Source: Planctomycetaceae bacterium (lineage in GTDB: Bacteria > Planctomycetota > Planctomycetia > Pirellulales > UBA1268). From it: a stretch of 42,065 nucleotides of DNA. The number at the start of each line of letters is the position of its first letter. Positions within the stretch are counted from its first letter, which is position 1. Where the stretch lies: assembly GCA_947481985.1 (NCBI GenBank), contig CANKIK010000023.1, positions 1-42,065 of the forward strand, written 5' to 3'. The position numbers were made by a program, and so were the translations under genes. Below the pieces are notes generated by a model. That model was not told the origin of the DNA. It searched no databases and was given only the letters and a program-made list of their open reading frames with translations. Positions 35,869-42,065 of this stretch are shown here, piece by piece.

Positions 35869-38307
35869 TCAGCGGCTGGCTGGCATGTCCCGGATCACGT
35901 TCCGCCAATGGGTCACGGTGGCATCGGGCCGCGTCGATGTCTCGGCCACGGCGACCCGCAGCGACTTCATCGCCTCCAAGATCACGCCAGTTGTTTTCAG
36001 TAACTCGCGGGTCTGATCCGTGTCACCATCAGGACCGATCTCGGTCGCTCGATCGACAAACCCGTTTTGCTGCTGGAGGACACCGACCCGCACCCCGTAG
36101 TTCACCCAGGGCTGAAGGGCGTCTATCAAGCCTGCGAAGTCGAGGGCGGCCGCCGCCGCCAGAGGCTCCTCAAACCTGGAGAGCTGCGAACCGGTTTCGA
36201 GTCTCGACTTCGACAGCATCCGCCCGGCCTGCTTGGGGACAAGGCTAAAGACGACGGCGTCGTCGCCGATCCCGATCACCGGTTGAATCTGCTCGTCGAT
36301 CCCGGTGCTGGCCAGCGGGAAACTCCACAGCGTTCCCCCTTCGACCTTCGATTTTTCCGGGGCAGGCACCTGATAGCCCTCCGGCACCGATCCCGGATTG
36401 AGGCCCCGCAGTTCGTCGACGAGATCGTCGGCGAGGGCGAAGAGTTCGTTCATCCCTTCGCGGAAGAGTTTCGGGTCGTCGAGTTTCAACGCCACCGCCG
36501 GCTCCAGAAGCGGCAAGGGCTCGGCCGATTCTGGCAGGTCGCGTTGCAGCCTCCGGGCCTTGCTCTTGGCATCGATCACGAAGCCGATCTGGCCGTCGGC
36601 GAGGGCCGGGAGGAGCTTTGTTCGCAGGCTACTCACCAACCGCTCGGCGAGGGGTGAGAGCCGCTCGGTGTAGTGTTCCATCCGCTCCCTGTCATCTGCG
36701 TCCACCTTCGGAAGCATGTTCCGCTGGAAGAAGGTCCACGCCATCCGCCCCCAGGAGACCAGGTCGTCGAACTGCTCGGGATCGGTCTTCGTCCGCATCA
36801 CCAGCGAGGCCAGCGGCGCGCCACCGGCATGCTCCAGCAGACCGAGCCGCCGGGAGCCGTCCAGAATTGTGTTCTTCGACCAATCCCAGGAGTAGCCCTC
36901 GTAGCCATCGGTCGAGAGGTAGGAGTAGCCCATCGTTGCCCCAGGGACTGGCAAGCGCTTCTTGTAGCCGGTGGCCACCTTCTCCAATGCCTCGCGGGCT
37001 TCACGGGCGGCCCCTTCCGAAAGCCCCGCGGAGTCGGCGATCGAATCGGTCAGGTCGGCGAGTTGCTCGATGTCGGCTGCCGAAGGGGCGACCGCCCTGG
37101 CCAGCGCCTCGCTCATGTACGTGATGGCGGTGATCCGCTTGTCTTTGTGCTCGCGGAGCGGCTCGAAGGGCTTGGTCATCACCAGCCCGTCCTGGCTCCC
37201 CGCTGGAGAGGCCAGTTTCTCGAGGTGATCGGCTGAATCGCCGATCGAGAGAATGACACGGTCTCCCACCACCCCCAACGCGATCACGATGTCGATCCCC
37301 TGGAGCCGATCGCGGACCTTCTCCAGGTCGTCCTCGTCGATCCCCTCCTGACTGCGGAGAAGTGAGTCCCAGGGAACCATCGCGCCGTCGATCGTGAACG
37401 TCATCACATCGCCGCTGGGGAGCTTCTTGCGGGAGAGGGCGTTGGCCAGGTCGGGATTGGTCTGCGTGACGAGTTTGAGAAGCACCTCCACCCGCTTCAC
37501 CTGCGAGTTTGCGGCCTCGACCTTGCCTGTCTTGAAGCCCCAGACGAGATCGGGGATGACGATCTTGTCGGCGTTGTCGGCCAGTGCCTGCAGCACCATC
37601 CGGGCCGCGAACTGCTCGCCCCCAGACTCGACGTTGAGCTCAAACTCCTCTGCCTCAAGGACCTGCCTCGCCACCGGGACGATCGACTGGCCGCGGTTCA
37701 CCGAGGAATTGTCATCATCGTCATCGTCATCGTCCTCATCATCATCGTCGTCGTCCATCTCCTCAGCATCGAGACTGTTGAGCGCAGGGTTCTCCAGGTC
37801 GATCCGAATGTGCTCCGGGCCGCGCGTCATCTGCAGGATGTTGGCAGCATTTTGGGCCTGCTGCACTTTCTGAATGAGCTCCAGGAAAGTGATGCACGAC
37901 GGCTCGCCATAGAGGAATGTATCGGTGGAGACCATGTCGCGGAGGAGTTCCACTGCCTGCTGGTTCTCCGGAAGTTCCAGGTAGGTACTGAGCATCGACA
38001 GCGGACTACCGGGCTGCGATTTCTGCTCCTCGAGTTGTTCGAGGGCCTGGATGACGGCAGGCAATTTCCGCAGCGTGGCCACGGCGTTGCTCTTGAGAAG
38101 CAAATCGAGTTGCTCCTCGAGCCGCAGGGTGGCCGACACGAAGGCCGCATCCTTGGGAATCATCGACACACCCCCGTCGAGGATGTCGGCTCCCCGAGCC
38201 TGGCCGCCAGCGGCCAGCGCCAAGCCGGCGAGCAGCGCAGCGGCAAACTGGCGGCGGGGGAGCGACCGAGAGGTCAGGCGAATGCTGAAGATGTTGTTGC
38301 GGGCCAT
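35869..38307 (-). CDS. hypothetical secreted protein with poly-Asp/Glu tract (812 aa)
   Basis: Start ATG 38305-38307 with AAGGA 7 nt upstream. Tat-like signal MARNNIFSIRLTSRSLPRRQFAAALLAGLALAAGGQARGA. Internal run DDDDDDEDDDDDDDD encoded by an imperfect GAY triplet repeat at 37711-37755. No recognised domain. Confidence 0.7.
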   Translation of the reverse strand: MARNNIFSIRLTSRSLPRRQFAAALLAGLALAAGGQARGADILDGGVSMIPKDAAFVSATLRLEEQLDLLLKSNAVATLRKLPAVIQALEQLEEQKSQPGSPLSMLSTYLELPENQQAVELLRDMVSTDTFLYGEPSCITFLELIQKVQQAQNAANILQMTRGPEHIRIDLENPALNSLDAEEMDDDDDDEDDDDDDDDNSSVNRGQSIVPVARQVLEAEEFELNVESGGEQFAARMVLQALADNADKIVIPDLVWGFKTGKVEAANSQVKRVEVLLKLVTQTNPDLANALSRKKLPSGDVMTFTIDGAMVPWDSLLRSQEGIDEDDLEKVRDRLQGIDIVIALGVVGDRVILSIGDSADHLEKLASPAGSQDGLVMTKPFEPLREHKDKRITAITYMSEALARAVAPSAADIEQLADLTDSIADSAGLSEGAAREAREALEKVATGYKKRLPVPGATMGYSYLSTDGYEGYSWDWSKNTILDGSRRLGLLEHAGGAPLASLVMRTKTDPEQFDDLVSWGRMAWTFFQRNMLPKVDADDRERMEHYTERLSPLAERLVSSLRTKLLPALADGQIGFVIDAKSKARRLQRDLPESAEPLPLLEPAVALKLDDPKLFREGMNELFALADDLVDELRGLNPGSVPEGYQVPAPEKSKVEGGTLWSFPLASTGIDEQIQPVIGIGDDAVVFSLVPKQAGRMLSKSRLETGSQLSRFEEPLAAAAALDFAGLIDALQPWVNYGVRVGVLQQQNGFVDRATEIGPDGDTDQTRELLKTTGVILEAMKSLRVAVAETSTRPDATVTHWRNVIRDMPASR

Positions 38308-38455
38308 CGTTGGTCCTTTCGCGAGAGCCGGCTTGAGGCTGCGGAGGGGGTGTAAATCAACGGTGACTCCCCACCCCTCACCGCCGTAGGATATGCCAAC
38401 TGCACCGGCTGGCAAACCTGAATCCGCGGCGGAACATCTTTCTTTGGGAGCGGAC

Positions 38456-39346
38456 GTGCGGATCGGCCCCACTCTGATCGTCGACACCTTCGCCGAGGCT
38501 TTCCGCCTCCGGTACGCCAGGCTGATCGTCACCGCCCACGATTTCCACTGGCTGGAAGCGGCCCTGCGGGCGGCATGCGGCTACGGCACGAGCGTCCTGG
38601 GATGCGATGCCGAGGTCGGCATCGAGGCCAAAATCCCCCCCGCCTCGTCGCCCGACGGCCGTCCGGGGGCGGCAGTTCTCGCCTTCTCTTTCGCCGCTGA
38701 AGGCCTGGCAAAAGCGATCGGCAACCGCACCGCTCAGTGCCTCCTCACCTGTCCGACGGCCAGCGTCTTTGACGGCCTCCCTGAAGCCGAGGAACGCGCC
38801 CCGCTCGGCAGCCACGTTCGCTTTTTTGGCGATGGTTTCGAGAAATCGAAAGTCATCGACGGCCGTCGGTACTGGCGGGTGCCGGTGATGGATGGGGAAT
38901 TCCTCGTCGAAGAGACCTGCGGCATCGCCAAGGGTGTCGGCGGTGGCAACATCATCCTCCAAGGCGGATCGCTCGCGGGGACGCTGGCAGCCGTGCGCCG
39001 GGCTGTGGGAGCGATCGAGGCCCTGCCGGGGGTGATCGCCCCGTTTCCCGGGGGAGCGGTACGGTCGGGGAGCAAGGTGGGGTCCCGCTACCAGGGCTTG
39101 CGGGGCTCTACCAACGAGGCTTTCTGCCCCGGCCTCATCGGCCGCGTCGAGTCGGAACTCGTCAGCGGTACGGCCTGCGCCGTGGAAATCGTCATCGATG
39201 GCAGCGACGAGGAACGCGTGGCGGCGGCGATGGCAGCCGCCATGCAGGCGGCCGCCGGGCCAGAACTGCTGGCGATCTCGGCCGGCAACTACGGTGGCAA
39301 GCTGGGCAAGTTCCACTTCCATCTCCGCCCTTTGATCGCCGGTTGA
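38456..39346 (+). CDS. ftr: formylmethanofuran--tetrahydromethanopterin N-formyltransferase (Ftr / FhcD-type)
   Basis: Family blocks DTFAEAF, CDAEVGIE, SPDGRPG, QCLLTCPTASVFDG, RFFGDGFE, GRRYWRVPVMDGEF, GGN, PGVIAPFPGGAVRSGSKVGSRY, STNEAFCP, EIVIDGSDEE, ISAGNYGGKLGKFHFHL. Start chosen at GTG 38456 (GGGAG 5 nt upstream). This puts DTFAEAF at residue 10 and gives 296 aa, as in archaeal Ftr. The track ATG 38393 has a 1-nt SD spacer. Confidence 0.85.
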   Translation: MRIGPTLIVDTFAEAFRLRYARLIVTAHDFHWLEAALRAACGYGTSVLGCDAEVGIEAKIPPASSPDGRPGAAVLAFSFAAEGLAKAIGNRTAQCLLTCPTASVFDGLPEAEERAPLGSHVRFFGDGFEKSKVIDGRRYWRVPVMDGEFLVEETCGIAKGVGGGNIILQGGSLAGTLAAVRRAVGAIEALPGVIAPFPGGAVRSGSKVGSRYQGLRGSTNEAFCPGLIGRVESELVSGTACAVEIVIDGSDEERVAAAMAAAMQAAAGPELLAISAGNYGGKLGKFHFHLRPLIAG

Positions 39347-39447
39347 TCTTCTCCGCCGCCGGCCGGTTGTGGTATTCCCCCTCCCCCGTCCCGTTCCGCG
39401 CCCGGCGCAACCGGTGCTCCGACGCCGTCCATGCAGAGGCCCCAGCG

Positions 39448-42065
39448 ATGTCCACACGCCCCTCCCGTCAGGAGTTCGTCATCTCGCCGCGGGCCGCCAA
39501 CCTGCGCTTCATCCTTACCGCCTGCGGCTGTGCCTGCGCTGGCTTCGGCCTGGTGTGGGGAGGACTGATGGCCAGTGGAATGCTCCGGCGGGTGCCCCGC
39601 GCCACGGATACCAATGCCGTCCTCGCTACCCAGCCCGCGCCGGGCAATGGGTCGGCCATCGACCCCACAAGCGATACCGGAACTCGCTCGACATTCGAAC
39701 CGGCCGTCTTCCCTGCGGACATTGCCACAAACGTCCTCCCATCAGCAGACAGCGGCCTTTCAAACCAGCCCCTTGCCGCCGCGAGCCTGGGTGCCAGCCG
39801 CTACGCCGGCAGGGGAGGATTCGGAGGCAATGCCGGCACTCCTCCTGAGCCGGTGGTGAGCAGGCGCCCATTCCCCTCTGGAGTCATGCCCGCGATGGCT
39901 GTGGAACCGTTGGATTCGCCAACGGAGGAACAAGGACCGCTCGATCCACTGCCTGCCGACCAAGAGAACGACTCCCCAAACAGCGAGATGATCGACGACC
40001 CCGCAACTCCGCCAAGGGGGCGCAACCCCATCCGCTCCGGGCGAGCGGACGACAAAGCGCTCGATGGAGCCCTGGATGCATTGCCCGCGGGGGACGATCT
40101 GGCAGACACTGACTTCGCCCCCCTCCCTGCAGACTCCGCCGCCAACGATTCTGAACTGACTGCTCCCCCCGCCGACGAGCCGCTCCCTGACAGTACAGGG
40201 AATCTTCTGGAATCGGGCACAGACGACACCGAACCGCTCCCCGAGGATCCGGGCGATCTCGACGCCGGCAGTCCGGTCCCTTTCCCACCCCTTGCCACCC
40301 CCTTACCGGCCGCCGCTCCGCAGGCCACCCCCCTTCCAGTGCCGCCTGCTGCCCGCCTTGCTCCCTCCCCCGTGCATCCGTACGCCGCCGCCGCTCCCAC
40401 CGGCCCGCCTCCAACAACCGGCCGAATGATGCCGGCAGCCCGCGCTGCGCCGCACTCCCGGGCCAGCGGCTTTACCGACTCCGGTTTCGATCACGATCCC
40501 GAGGCGCCGATCCCTGTTCACGCGCTTCCCAATCAGCCTCCGTTGCAGGCCACCTCCGGCATGCCATTCGCTGCCGCGCCCGCTATCGGCCCCACCACAG
40601 GTCCTGGCAATCCTGACTCTGCCCCCACTTCCACTCGGCTTGTGTCCTCGGCTCAAGGCCGGCCCGGTGCCATGCAATTGGAAGGGGTGCAGACTCCGCA
40701 ACTGGCCGTGGAGAAACGGGGCCCACGCGAGATTCAGGTGGGGAAGACGGCCCGCTTCGAAATCCTCGTCCGCAATGTCGGCAGCGCCGTGGCCAACGAT
40801 GTCGTCCTCCGCGACACAGTTCCCTTTGGAACGTCGCTGGTGGCCACCACTCCCCCAGCCACGCCGACCGGCGCTCCTCCGGGCCAAGCCGCCACGGGCG
40901 AATTAGTGTGGCTCCTGGGCAGCCTGCCCCCCGGCGGACAGGCGCGCGTAGCACTCGATCTGATGCCGACAACCGAAGGCGATGTGGGGAGCGTGGCGAG
41001 CGTCAGTTTCCGCGCTGATGCGTCGGTGCGATCACGGGCCACGCGACCGGCGCTGGAGATTTCCGCCGAGGTTCCGGCACCAGTTCTGGTGGGACGCGAC
41101 TCCCGGATGACGATCACCGTCTCCAATCCGGGCAGCGGCGCGGCGACCGGAGTGGTCCTTGAGGGCATCGTGCCAGAGGGCCTGGTCCACCGGGCCGGCC
41201 GCGAACTCGAATTCGATGTTGGGTCGTTGCCGCCGGGGGAGTCCCGGACGATCGACCTGGTACTCGCCAGTACCGGCCCCGGCGTCCACGACCTCCGCCT
41301 CATGGCCCGTGCCGACGGGCAGATCGAGGTCGAGGCGACGGTAAAGGTGGCGATTACCGCCCCCACGCTCGATCTCGCCGTCCAGATGCCCCTGCGCCGC
41401 TACCTGCAACGACCGGCCACCTGTGTGCTCTCGATGACCAATGCCGGTACGGCGCCGGCCGTCGGCGTAGAGCTCGCCGCTCAGTTGCCGCCAGGGATGA
41501 AGTTTGTCCGTGCCAACAATGCCGGCTACTACGAGGAACGCACCCATCGCGTCCTGTGGAGCCTTGAGGAGTTGCCCGCCGCAGAGACCGGCGAGGTGGA
41601 GATGGTGGTGATGCCGATCGCCCTGGGCGCTCAAAAGATCGTCGTGGCGGCACGCACAGCCGCCGGGCTCTCCGATCAGGTGGCCCACACCGTCGAGGTC
41701 GAGGGGCTGGCTGCACTGACCTTCGACGTCGCCGACAGCGAAGACCCGATCGAGGTCGGCGGAGTCAGCGAATACCTGATCCGCGTCGGCAATCAGGGAA
41801 CGAAGCCCGCCAGCGGCGTCCGAGTCGTCGCCACACTGCTCGGCGACATGGAGCCAGTCGACGCCAGTGGCCCCTCTCCGCACCGGGTCAACAATCTGAC
41901 GGTCTCCTTCGAACCGCTGGCGAAGCTGGCGCCCTCCGAGGAGGCGCTCTACCGGATCCGCGTCCGGGGCCGCCGCGAAGGGGACCAGCGCGTCCAGGTG
42001 CAACTGACCAGCGACGAGCAACCGGCGCCGATCACCAAGGAGGAGATCACCAGGGTGTACGCCGA
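39448..42065 (+). CDS. DUF11-repeat (conserved repeat domain) cell-surface protein, 5' partial (runs off window end)
   Basis: Open frame from ATG 39448 to the window end with no stop, so it is absent from the complete-ORF track. N-terminal TM anchor FILTACGCACAGFGLVWGGLMA. About 300-aa Pro/Ala/Asp-rich disordered region. Then repeated DUF11-like modules (..VRNVGSAVANDVVLRDTVP.., ..VSNPGSGAATGVVLEGIVPEGL.., ..MTNAGTAPAVGVELAAQLPPGM.., ..RVGNQGTKPASGVRVVATL..). Confidence 0.75.
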   Translation, partial: MSTRPSRQEFVISPRAANLRFILTACGCACAGFGLVWGGLMASGMLRRVPRATDTNAVLATQPAPGNGSAIDPTSDTGTRSTFEPAVFPADIATNVLPSADSGLSNQPLAAASLGASRYAGRGGFGGNAGTPPEPVVSRRPFPSGVMPAMAVEPLDSPTEEQGPLDPLPADQENDSPNSEMIDDPATPPRGRNPIRSGRADDKALDGALDALPAGDDLADTDFAPLPADSAANDSELTAPPADEPLPDSTGNLLESGTDDTEPLPEDPGDLDAGSPVPFPPLATPLPAAAPQATPLPVPPAARLAPSPVHPYAAAAPTGPPPTTGRMMPAARAAPHSRASGFTDSGFDHDPEAPIPVHALPNQPPLQATSGMPFAAAPAIGPTTGPGNPDSAPTSTRLVSSAQGRPGAMQLEGVQTPQLAVEKRGPREIQVGKTARFEILVRNVGSAVANDVVLRDTVPFGTSLVATTPPATPTGAPPGQAATGELVWLLGSLPPGGQARVALDLMPTTEGDVGSVASVSFRADASVRSRATRPALEISAEVPAPVLVGRDSRMTITVSNPGSGAATGVVLEGIVPEGLVHRAGRELEFDVGSLPPGESRTIDLVLASTGPGVHDLRLMARADGQIEVEATVKVAITAPTLDLAVQMPLRRYLQRPATCVLSMTNAGTAPAVGVELAAQLPPGMKFVRANNAGYYEERTHRVLWSLEELPAAETGEVEMVVMPIALGAQKIVVAARTAAGLSDQVAHTVEVEGLAALTFDVADSEDPIEVGGVSEYLIRVGNQGTKPASGVRVVATLLGDMEPVDASGPSPHRVNNLTVSFEPLAKLAPSEEALYRIRVRGRREGDQRVQVQLTSDEQPAPITKEEITRVYA

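Noticed and set aside
41032-42021. 329-aa minus-strand ORF and other minus ORFs over 39801-41366
   Set aside because: All antisense to the DUF11-repeat gene, which reads open in frame 1 from 39448 to the window end with clear repeat-domain content.

Overview
High-GC window (about two-thirds G+C by eye) with dense, mostly non-overlapping coding on both strands. The gene content points to a Planctomycetota chromosome, probably Pirellulales-like. Planctomycete-specific families present are a DUF1552/DUF1592 pair, a PSCyt1-WD40 protein, a PSCyt2/DUF1549/DUF1553 (PSD1) protein, a DUF1501 protein, a DUF11-repeat surface protein and an H4MPT-type formyltransferase (Ftr/FhcD). I support 24 protein-coding genes plus one gene remnant. 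Housekeeping genes are carA, mutY, tmk-holB, fumC, glnB, ribD, a sigma-54 NtrC-family activator and a flotillin. There is a block of hypothetical or secreted proteins. No rRNA, tRNA, CRISPR array, transposase, integrase or recognisable defence or toxin system was found. Several very long ORFs in the six-frame track are antisense shadows of real genes, a high-GC artefact, and were rejected. The most interesting non-coding signal is a ~97-nt multi-hairpin element present in two copies (7379-7475 plus, 26221-26317 minus). Each copy starts 7-8 nt after a stop codon, in the orientation of the upstream gene. The copies are ~82% identical with no indels, and show compensatory and G-U-type substitutions that preserve the hairpins, so this looks like an undescribed structured 3' element or terminator family. 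Other notable items are a near-consensus sigma-54 promoter plus upstream inverted repeat between an NtrC-like activator and glnB, an isolated ftr/fhcD homolog, a truncated sialate-O-acetylesterase-like (SGNH/DUF303) remnant sitting in frame behind an alpha/beta hydrolase, short tandem repeats at three gene 3' ends, and an 812-aa protein with a 15-residue poly-Asp/Glu tract. Start codons were refined by hand (signal peptides, SD motifs, homolog length) and several remain uncertain.
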